A program made the position numbers and the translations under genes. A stretch of 32,722 bases of DNA, taken from an uncultured Ignavibacteria bacterium (GTDB lineage Bacteria; Zixibacteria; MSB-5A5; SM1-73). The stretch spans positions 1-32,722 of the forward strand of contig CAZPRG010000003.1 in assembly GCA_964588675.1 (NCBI GenBank). Reading direction: 5' to 3'. Position 1 is the stretch's first letter, and every line of letters begins with the position of its first letter. Below the pieces are notes generated by a model. It saw nothing but the letters and a program-made list of their open reading frames with translations, was not told the DNA's origin and did no database searches. Below are positions 1 through 7,388 of the stretch, in pieces.

Positions 1-800
1 ATCTTCCTTCCAGGAAGGCCATAGAGGAGAAAATCACCCCGAGAACGCGCGCCATGCTCATCTGCTCGCCCAACAATCCCACTGGAACGGTGTACACCCG
101 CGACGAACTGCAGATGATTGCGGAAATCGCCAGTAAGCACGATCTGTTTGTCCTCTCGGATGAGGTCTACCGGGAGTTCATCTACGAAGGGAAGCACACC
201 AGCATCATGCACATCGACGGCATAGCGGAGCGGGCCGTGCTCATGGATTCCGTCTCCAAGAGATTCAGCGCCTGCGGGGCAAGGATCGGATGCCTGGTAT
301 CGAAAAACCAGGCCATCACCGACGCGGCATTGAGGATGGGCCAGGCTCGCCTGTGCTCGCCTTCGATCGAGCAGCACGGGGCCACTGCTGCGCTGGCCAT
401 TCCCGATGAATACTTCGAAAAGATGGCCGCGGAGTACAAGAAAAGACGGGACACGGTCTACGACGAATTGATGAAGATACCAGGAGTCGTCTGTCTGAAG
501 CCCGGCGGCGCATTCTATATCATGGCCAAGCTGCCGGTTGCAGACATCGAGGATTTCTCCCGCTGGATGCTTACCGATTTCAATCTGGACGGAGAGACCA
601 CCATGATTGCACCCGGACCAGGATTCTATGCCACGCCGGGAAAGGGTCAGGACGAGGCCAGGATCGCTTATGTGCTAAACGTGAGAGATCTGAAAAAGGC
701 CATGAAATGTCTGGCGCACGGGATTGAGAAGTACAATGTCCGTCCGCCATCCGCCGCCCGCCGTCCGTCGACTGAAAGCAATCCGACAGGGGGCAGATGA
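1..800 (+). CDS. PLP-dependent class I/II aminotransferase (aspartate/aromatic type), 5' end cut by the window edge
   Basis: The frame is open from nt 3 (LPSRKAIEEKITPRTRA precedes the first ATG at 54), so the N-terminus lies outside the window. Family motifs are CSPNNPTG and the PLP-lysine box SVSKRFSACGARIG. The stop at 798-800 overlaps the next start (ATGA). Confidence 0.88.
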   Translation, partial: LPSRKAIEEKITPRTRAMLICSPNNPTGTVYTRDELQMIAEIASKHDLFVLSDEVYREFIYEGKHTSIMHIDGIAERAVLMDSVSKRFSACGARIGCLVSKNQAITDAALRMGQARLCSPSIEQHGATAALAIPDEYFEKMAAEYKKRRDTVYDELMKIPGVVCLKPGGAFYIMAKLPVADIEDFSRWMLTDFNLDGETTMIAPGPGFYATPGKGQDEARIAYVLNVRDLKKAMKCLAHGIEKYNVRPPSAARRPSTESNPTGGR

Positions 801-1768
801 GCATAAGGCACTATATTGGGGTCGACCTGGGGGGGACCAACATCAAGTTTGGCATAGTCTCCGATAAGGGGGAAGTCTCTTACAAGGGCATGCTCCCCGC
901 ACAAGCTCAACTGGGAAGAGAGGCCGTGCGCGGCAACATGCTGCGGGCCGTGCGGCAGGCGCTATCCGTGGCCCAGGCGAATAAAACCAAAATAGCAAGC
1001 ATCGGTGCAGGCTCACCTGGCACGGTTAACCAGATCACCGGCAAAATCGAGGGCTCCTCGCCGAATATCCCTCAGATGGTGAACGCCAACCTCAGGCAAT
1101 GGCTGGCCAAGCCTTTTGGACTTCCCGTCTGCGTGGACAACGATGCCAACGTCATGGCGCTGGCCGAATCGAGACTCGGGGCGGCCAAGGGGTTCTCCAA
1201 CGCATTGTGCATAACCGTGGGAACCGGAATCGGCGGCGGGATAATCCTTGGCGGTAAGCTGTTTCACGGCTCGAACTTCGCCGCCGCCGAGTTCGGTCAC
1301 ATGACCATCTGCCACAACGGACGCAAGTGCAACTGCGGGGGCATCGGCTGTTTGGAGATGTATGCCTCCGCGCCCGCCATGGTCAAAGATGCCAAAAGGC
1401 TCCTTAAAACGGACAAGAGATCGGTTATCCGCAGCTTGGTGGAAGGGGATTTGAGCCGGTTGACCACTAAGGTCCTTTTTCAAGCCGAAAGGAAAGGGGA
1501 TGCGCTGGCGGCAGATGTCATCAACCAAGCTTGCGCCTATCTGGGTGCCGGGATAGCCAGTGCAGTGAATCTCCTGAACCCTCAAGTGGTGGTAGTTGGC
1601 GGCGGTGTGTCAGACGGCGGGGCGAGTTTCATCCGCAGGATCGAGAAGGAAGTGAAAAGGCGGGCATTTCCTTCCGCCACCAAGCATCTCAAGGTTGTCA
1701 GAGCCAAGCTCGGCAACGACGCTGGTTTCATAGGGGCGGCCATTCTCTGTGCACAGACGAATCCGTGA
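797..1768 (+). CDS. ROK-family sugar kinase (glucokinase-like)
   Basis: It has the N-terminal ATP-binding motif GVDLGGTNIKFG and the ROK zinc motif GHMTICHNGRKCNCGGIGCLEMYAS. A 4-nt ATGA overlap with the upstream gene suggests translational coupling. Confidence 0.9.
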   Translation: MSIRHYIGVDLGGTNIKFGIVSDKGEVSYKGMLPAQAQLGREAVRGNMLRAVRQALSVAQANKTKIASIGAGSPGTVNQITGKIEGSSPNIPQMVNANLRQWLAKPFGLPVCVDNDANVMALAESRLGAAKGFSNALCITVGTGIGGGIILGGKLFHGSNFAAAEFGHMTICHNGRKCNCGGIGCLEMYASAPAMVKDAKRLLKTDKRSVIRSLVEGDLSRLTTKVLFQAERKGDALAADVINQACAYLGAGIASAVNLLNPQVVVVGGGVSDGGASFIRRIEKEVKRRAFPSATKHLKVVRAKLGNDAGFIGAAILCAQTNP

Positions 1769-1809
1769 CGGATCTTTCGCCTTCCCATCAAGGAAGGGGA
1801 AATACAGTC

Positions 1810-1832
1810 CTCTCTCCCCAACGGGGAGAGAG
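1810..1832 (+). terminator. GC-rich hairpin downstream of the ROK kinase gene (possible terminator, no U-tract)
   Basis: A perfect 10-bp stem, ctctctcccc (1810-1819) with ggggagagag (1823-1832), closes a 3-nt loop. It lies 42 nt after the stop codon. No T-run follows, so intrinsic-terminator function is uncertain. Confidence 0.3.
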
Positions 1833-1860
1833 TCAGAGTGAGGGGGAAGACAGGAAGAAA

Positions 1861-1937
1861 CTGTCAACGGATTAAACAGATTGAACGGATCAAAAACGGA
1901 GCTCTTTGTCCTTTTCATCCGCTGAATCCGTTGACAG
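1861..1937. repeat. 77-nt imperfect palindromic element between convergent genes
   Basis: A perfect 13-bp inverted repeat, ctgtcaacggatt (1861-1873) and aatccgttgacag (1925-1937), flanks 51 nt. The interior can pair further (aacggatcaaaa with ttttcatccgct, 10 of 12 positions). The heptamer AACGGAT occurs at 1866-1872, 1884-1890 and inverted at 1926-1932. Confidence 0.6.
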
Positions 1938-2014
1938 GCCACTTCTGACCTGCGCTGGGCCGGAAGTGACCTGGCCTACTATGCCACAGCAGACTGCGGA
2001 TTACTGGTCTAATT

Positions 2015-3517
2015 TCACTTGGGAGGATTGCTATCAGGGTTACGAGTGAATTTCTGATACCAACCCATGAAGCGATCTAACGCAGCCAATACCAGCAACA
2101 GGTCTTCAACTGTAAACGGCGGCGGATTGTAATCAATGGTCTTGGATTGGTCGTGCGAACCGTGAGACGCGAACTTGTGCAGAAATGTCTGGACTATCTC
2201 TTCGCCAGTCTTCGTTTTCTTCTTTAGTTCATTCATCAAACCGCGACGCCACTCTTTTTCAAGATTCGATTGTCCGATCTTGTTGAACAGCTTGCGGTAG
2301 ACGTCCTCCTGATAGCGCTCAAATATCTTTCTCACGCGGTTGCACGCCCCCCCGAAGTCCTCCTCAATCTCCCCTTTTTTTCCGCGACGCTTTTTTCCTG
2401 CGAGATAGAGGTTTTCGAGGTCATTGTAATCGGGACGAGGTAGAATCCCGCGAAGCCTAGCAAGGTATGCATGTACTAGATCATAACTGGTCTGCTCACT
2501 TATGGTCTTTGTGCTTCTTAGTCCTTGCTGCTCAAAAAGGTGATGAACCAGCTCAAGGTATTCTTTACCTAAAGCGAGCGGATGGCTTGGAATGTGGTCT
2601 TGGAGGCGAGACCGAGTCCCGGACACCGCCTCGCTTATGCACTTGCCGACCTGCGGGATTTCTCCGCCGACCTTTTCAGCCGAGCGTGCGTGGGCAAACG
2701 CAGTTTCCTTGTCTCCAAGCAATTCATACACTTCGCTCATTCTGTGGTGGTTAAAGTAGATGTGAAAACCGTCCATGAAGCGGTCATTGTATGGTTTTTG
2801 CAGAGCACAATTGAGTGAGACCTCGAAATGCTTGATTGCTTGTTCCAGAACGGTTTTTGCCCGCGGATCACTACCGAGTTCCTTGCCGTAATCCAAAGCG
2901 ATAAGTCCCATAGCGTGAGCACGAGACAACCTATCCAATTCTTCAAGAGGGTATGAGACTGTCTTGATCAGGATATATGCTCTCTCCAGAAGATCGAGTT
3001 TAGCTTCCCACCAATCGAGTTTCGATTTTCCGTGCAGGAAGCTCGCCAGTTCAAAACTGACTCTCTCGTCCGTGTCGACCCATTCGTCATCCTCATCGAC
3101 TACCGGGTGCCCGATCGACCATTTGAAGTATTGCAGAGTATCGTCGAGGTTATCTGCGTACCAACCTAGTTGCTCGTAAACCATTGAGAGTGTCCAATGA
3201 ATCTGAGTTCGAGTCTCGTTGTCATCCGGGTCACATATTTCTATCGCCTTCTCGAGTCCCCTTACATATTTTGGGTAGTCCGTCAATGTTGCTTCCTGCA
3301 GCGATTTGTCATGGCGTTCTCTGGGGCTATCCGCCACCCTGATGTAGAGGTCTTGCAGCCCTTGCCGCACTCGGTGCAGTATAAACTGAGCGTCGACTGT
3401 GAAACCGCACGATATGCATCGTCCTTCAACCATTAAAGACACGGTTGCATTTCGCACGTATTTTGGCTCGGTCAAAGTTGTGGCTCCGCACTCGGGGCAT
3501 ATTTCTCTTTCAGCCAT
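2015..3517 (-). CDS. Hypothetical protein: N-terminal CxxC...CxxC zinc ribbon, TPR-like helical repeats, basic C-terminal helical region
   Basis: A 500-aa ORF has an SD-like GAGGTGA 3-4 nt before the ATG (minus-strand reading gaggtgaaagATG). The N-terminus reads CPECG-x22-CISCG. TPR-like segments include MSEVYELLGDKETAFAHARSAEKVG. I recognise no family. GC is clearly lower than in the flanking genes. Confidence 0.7.
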   Translation of the reverse strand: MAEREICPECGATTLTEPKYVRNATVSLMVEGRCISCGFTVDAQFILHRVRQGLQDLYIRVADSPRERHDKSLQEATLTDYPKYVRGLEKAIEICDPDDNETRTQIHWTLSMVYEQLGWYADNLDDTLQYFKWSIGHPVVDEDDEWVDTDERVSFELASFLHGKSKLDWWEAKLDLLERAYILIKTVSYPLEELDRLSRAHAMGLIALDYGKELGSDPRAKTVLEQAIKHFEVSLNCALQKPYNDRFMDGFHIYFNHHRMSEVYELLGDKETAFAHARSAEKVGGEIPQVGKCISEAVSGTRSRLQDHIPSHPLALGKEYLELVHHLFEQQGLRSTKTISEQTSYDLVHAYLARLRGILPRPDYNDLENLYLAGKKRRGKKGEIEEDFGGACNRVRKIFERYQEDVYRKLFNKIGQSNLEKEWRRGLMNELKKKTKTGEEIVQTFLHKFASHGSHDQSKTIDYNPPPFTVEDLLLVLAALDRFMGWYQKFTRNPDSNPPK

Positions 3518-3677
3518 CTTTCACCTCGTCGTTGTGTCAAATGCTGCCAGCTTTCGCCTGCCTCTTGTTGATTCGTACGGAGGGCCCTCGTGGCTGTCCG
3601 CACCTTGGTTCGGACAGGGTCCCCGCCACGGCGGGATTTCGCAAGCTCAACAAGCCCTGTCCCTGCGGGAGTTTTCC

Positions 3678-4646
3678 CTATCGGTTAAATCTACGAGTAG
3701 CCTCCACCATGTTCTTGAGCTTCTTCTGCGCTTCGGCGTGAGGCAAGAACTCCAGGCCACACGATGGGTTTACCCAAATCCTGTCAGGAGGGATTTTCTT
3801 GGCGGCCTTCTCGAAAAGAGCCAGCAGATCGGATTGCTTCTCCATCATGGTATTTCGCGCATCCACGCACCCGAGACCGATTTCGTTTTGGTCGTTTGAT
3901 TCGAGAAGCAGATCGAGGTTTTCTCCCTTGCTCACCACATCGACACCGATTATGTCGACCGGAAGGTCGAAGAGACCGGGCACCAGCTTCTTAATTGAGC
4001 CGAAATAAAGATACAAAGCGAATTTGGCATCAATCCCCTCCGTGATCACCTTCAGGGACTCGCGTACCAGCTTCAATTTGTCGGGATGGGAACATAGAGA
4101 GGGCTCGTCGATCTGTATGATCTTCGCTCCTTCTTCGCTCAAACTCTCGGCTTCCTCGTGCAGAATCTCAGCCATGTCAAAGACCAGTTTCTCCTCGTGG
4201 TGATAAAACTCATCCAGAGATAGCTTGGCAAAAGTCAAGGCGCCGGGTATAACCGCCTTCACCTCGCTACTGGAATTCGACTTAGCGAACTTAAACTGCT
4301 CCACGACCGAATGGTCGCCGAAGGAGACTCTGGACTTGACGACGGGACGGCGGTAATAGACGTTATTGTCGAAAAACCTCAAGAGCCCGCCGATCTCCAT
4401 TCCCCGAATGTTCTTGGCAAAAGGGGTCACCAGATCGTCCCAGCGAATCTGTCCATCAGTGATCAGATCAACGCCCGCCTGCTCCTGTTCTCCGATCACC
4501 CGTTTGATGGTGTCCAGATAAGCCCGCTCCAACTCTTCGGCGGTTATTTTCTTTTGGTCGAACCTGTTTCGCGCCCGCCGGAGGTTCGGCTGCGTTTTGT
4601 CCTCGGTTATCTTGGGATAGTTTCCCACCACCGTGGTTTTGAGCAT
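3678..4646 (-). CDS. MetE C-terminal-domain (cobalamin-independent methionine synthase fold) homologue with non-canonical zinc-site residues
   Basis: By eye it aligns well to the E. coli MetE C-terminal domain (IQIDEPSL, NEIGLGCVD, RIWVNPSCGLEFL versus VQIDEPAL, NEIGPGVYD, RLWVNPDCGLKTR). I prefer the ATG at 4646 because AAGGAG lies 6 nt upstream. The ORF-track start at 4661 is the alternative. Confidence 0.8.
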   Translation of the reverse strand: MLKTTVVGNYPKITEDKTQPNLRRARNRFDQKKITAEELERAYLDTIKRVIGEQEQAGVDLITDGQIRWDDLVTPFAKNIRGMEIGGLLRFFDNNVYYRRPVVKSRVSFGDHSVVEQFKFAKSNSSSEVKAVIPGALTFAKLSLDEFYHHEEKLVFDMAEILHEEAESLSEEGAKIIQIDEPSLCSHPDKLKLVRESLKVITEGIDAKFALYLYFGSIKKLVPGLFDLPVDIIGVDVVSKGENLDLLLESNDQNEIGLGCVDARNTMMEKQSDLLALFEKAAKKIPPDRIWVNPSCGLEFLPHAEAQKKLKNMVEATRRFNR

Positions 4647-4731
4647 GACCCTCTCCTTCATGCGTTTCTTCTTGGTCTCGAACTTGCGCGTCGGTTCAAA
4701 GTCCGAACGCCGGGAAAAGCGGGGACTAAAG

Positions 4732-5808
4732 CTACTTCTTCAGAAGATCTCGGATAATCTTCTCCAGTTCGTCGATCTGGAAAGGCTTGTAGATGATGAG
4801 ATCGGCCCCGGACTCTTTCATCTTGTTGGGATCGGGATCCACTCCCCAGCCGGTGATGACCACCACCGGCACGTGGGGCTTTTTTGTCTTCACCATCTTG
4901 GAGACCTGCCAACCCGAAACGTCCGGCATCCCCAAATCGGTGATGACCAGGTCGAATCCGTTCTGGTTGAATATCTCCAATCCGACGGTTCCGGACGAAG
5001 CCACCTGAGACCGGTAACCCATCCTCTCCAGCACGCTGACCAACAGATCGGTGACTATGGGTTGGTCGTCGATGACCAGCACCTTCTTGGTCCCGGGATT
5101 TGAGTTCTTCTCCCCCTTGATGGTGATGACCTCCTCCACGTTCAACTGGTCTCCGGAAGGAAGAACCATCTCCTCTTCTCTGTTCTCCTCCCGACTGGAT
5201 ACCTCTGCAGCCGGGGCCTGCTCCGAGTCGGTGAGCAAATTCAGGATGCGGCTTCTCATCCGCTTCTGCTCGGTTAGAATCTCCGAGACCGGAATCATGG
5301 CTCTGTTCCGGAACTTGAAATTCATCAGCTCGATGCTTCCCAAAAGCCGGACCAAAAGCTCGTCCGTATCGGAGCTTAGACGCCTTGCGAAAATATCGGA
5401 AAGCTCGGCCAGTTGACCGGCAAACAGGTTGATAGCCCGGGCGTCCTCCGGCTGGAACTTGAAAGCCTCGCGGCTGAATGCCGTCAGGATACCCCAAAAT
5501 CTCTCTCCCGAGAACAGCGGCACGGCCATCATGGAGGTCAATCCGTCATACCTGGTCAAAAAGGACAACTGCTCTTCGGTATGTGGAATGTTGTTCACCA
5601 CCTGCGGAATCCGATCACGAATCAACCTTCCCAGAATGCCCCGATCGGTCGGAAGTCCGACCAGCCTATCCGCCGCTTCCTCGGAGAAGCCGAAACTTGT
5701 GTCCAACACCAATTCGGCCCTGGAGGGGTCGAATCTGAAAACAGCCGCGTGGTCGATTTCCAAGAATTCAGTCAGCTGCTTGGCAACGGTTCGAAGTATC
5801 TGTTTCAT
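4732..5808 (-). CDS. GAF domain plus C-terminal response-regulator receiver (REC) domain protein
   Basis: The N-terminal ~150 aa are GAF-like (LEIDHAAVFRFD...MAVPLFSGERFWGILTAF). The C-terminal REC domain has VLVIDDQ, the phospho-acceptor context DLVITDLGMPDVSG, VVVITGWG and YKPF. Its start overlaps the miaB stop by 4 nt. Confidence 0.85.
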   Translation of the reverse strand: MKQILRTVAKQLTEFLEIDHAAVFRFDPSRAELVLDTSFGFSEEAADRLVGLPTDRGILGRLIRDRIPQVVNNIPHTEEQLSFLTRYDGLTSMMAVPLFSGERFWGILTAFSREAFKFQPEDARAINLFAGQLAELSDIFARRLSSDTDELLVRLLGSIELMNFKFRNRAMIPVSEILTEQKRMRSRILNLLTDSEQAPAAEVSSREENREEEMVLPSGDQLNVEEVITIKGEKNSNPGTKKVLVIDDQPIVTDLLVSVLERMGYRSQVASSGTVGLEIFNQNGFDLVITDLGMPDVSGWQVSKMVKTKKPHVPVVVITGWGVDPDPNKMKESGADLIIYKPFQIDELEKIIRDLLKK

Positions 5809-7232
5809 ATGACCTTCTTCTTTTTATGATTGCCGCTCCCCGACGGATTCGGTTGGTGACTTGCCTCCGCCAAACGTCCAAACAGGGTAAAGCTGTCAGC
5901 TTGGTCCACCATAACTGGGACGATCCGTCCCAAAAGGTTGTCGCTGCCTTCCACAATCACCGTCTGGTTGGCCCTGGTTTTTCCCTTCCATTTACTCTGG
6001 TCCCTTCTGCTTTTTCCATCTATCAAAACTTGCAGGACTCTGCCCAGCAGTCCTTGATTCCTCTTTTTGGAGATTTTCTTTTGGAGCTTAATTAACGCAT
6101 GTAGTCTGTCGAGCTTGTCCTCCTCCGGCACATCATCAGGCCAGGTGGCCGCTTTGGTGCCGTCCCGCACGGAATAGCGAAACATGAAGGCCGAGTCAAA
6201 CTCGATTTCCTGCACTATGTCCAGAGTTCGCTGGAAGTCATCCCCGGTTTCCGAAGGAAAGCCCACGATCAAATCCGTGGTGAGGCTCACGTCCGGAATG
6301 CTCTCTTTGATCTTCCTGGCCAACTTAAGATAGTCCACCGAAGTGTACCCGCGGTTCATCATCCTCAATATCCGGTCCGAACCCGATTGCAGGGGAAGAT
6401 GGATGTGCTCGCAGACCTTGGGAAGTCGGGCGATCTTGTCGATCAACTTGTCGCTTAAGTCCTTGGGATGAGAGGTCATGAAGTGAATCCACTCGATCTG
6501 GGTCTGGTCGTTTACCATTTGCAGAAGATCGGCGAAATCCCGGCCCCGGTACCGGTAGGAATTCACGTTCTGCCCGATTAAAGTCGTCTCTTTGCGGCTG
6601 GACTCTGCCGTCTTCTGAACCTCTCGGATTATCTGCTCCGGAGGCCGGTTTCTCTCCGGGCCTCTCACAAAGGGAACCACGCAATAGGAGCAGAAGTTGT
6701 CGCAGCCGCGGGAGACGGCCACGAAGCTGGTGTAGGGGGTTTTTCTTTTGGGAAGAATCTCCGCTTCCCAGATTCGCTCCGAATCGAAGTTGTCGCGGGA
6801 AGCGGACACGTCGATCCGAGAGTGCTGTTGGTGATCTCGCAGATAGTCGGCCAGAGACAGGATTTGATCCGGACCTAAAATCAAGTCCACCAACGGCGCT
6901 CGACTTAGAATATCGGCGCCCATTCTCTGGGCCATGCAGCCAGCCACCACCAGCTTGACCTCCGGGTTCTGCCGTTTGTATTTCTGAAATTCGGTCAGCC
7001 TTCCCAAAGCCCGGCTTTCCGACGTGTCTCTGACCGAACAGGTGTTCAACACGATAACGTCGGCCTCCTTGGGATCTCTCGTCAGGGTGTGACCTTCGGA
7101 GGCCAAAAGGCCCATCAGCCGTTCGGAATCATAGACGTTCATCTGGCAGCCGAACGTCTGTAGATATATCTTGTGAGGCATAAGGAATCTCTGGATTGGT
7201 TTGGATGACCGGCCGAAAACCTTCGCCAGCAT
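5805..7232 (-). CDS. miaB: tRNA-i6A37 methylthiotransferase MiaB (radical SAM)
   Basis: It has the MTTase N-terminal motif IYLQTFGCQMNVYDSE, the radical-SAM cluster motif CDNFCSYCVVPFVRG and a C-terminal TRAM-like segment. I chose the ATG at 7232 because AGGTGG lies 6 nt upstream. Alternatives are 7181 (MPHKIYLQTFGC) and the longest ORF start at 7313. Confidence 0.85.
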   Translation of the reverse strand: MLAKVFGRSSKPIQRFLMPHKIYLQTFGCQMNVYDSERLMGLLASEGHTLTRDPKEADVIVLNTCSVRDTSESRALGRLTEFQKYKRQNPEVKLVVAGCMAQRMGADILSRAPLVDLILGPDQILSLADYLRDHQQHSRIDVSASRDNFDSERIWEAEILPKRKTPYTSFVAVSRGCDNFCSYCVVPFVRGPERNRPPEQIIREVQKTAESSRKETTLIGQNVNSYRYRGRDFADLLQMVNDQTQIEWIHFMTSHPKDLSDKLIDKIARLPKVCEHIHLPLQSGSDRILRMMNRGYTSVDYLKLARKIKESIPDVSLTTDLIVGFPSETGDDFQRTLDIVQEIEFDSAFMFRYSVRDGTKAATWPDDVPEEDKLDRLHALIKLQKKISKKRNQGLLGRVLQVLIDGKSRRDQSKWKGKTRANQTVIVEGSDNLLGRIVPVMVDQADSFTLFGRLAEASHQPNPSGSGNHKKKKVI

Positions 7233-7388
7233 TATAACCCACCTGGGGGATTTGTCAAGGCACAAAAGAGAAGCGCCGCAAGAGTGCTTGCGACGCCTCC
7301 GTGGTTGCCCCAAATACTTCCCGATACAGAGATCGATGTATGCAACCCTCTTTATTTCAACTTTGCGTAGTGAGGATCAGGGTTTCTC

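Noticed and set aside
4658-5497. 279-aa minus-strand ORF overlapping the GAF-REC gene in a different frame
   Set aside because: This is an off-frame product rich in Gly, Arg and Pro. The GAF-REC frame carries complete receiver-domain motifs.
7233-7313. N-terminal extension of miaB to the longest ORF start at 7313
   Set aside because: The extension (MGQPRRRRKHSCGASLLCLDKSPRWVI) is not MiaB-like and has no SD. The ATG at 7232 has AGGTGG upstream, and the conserved MTTase domain begins shortly after it.
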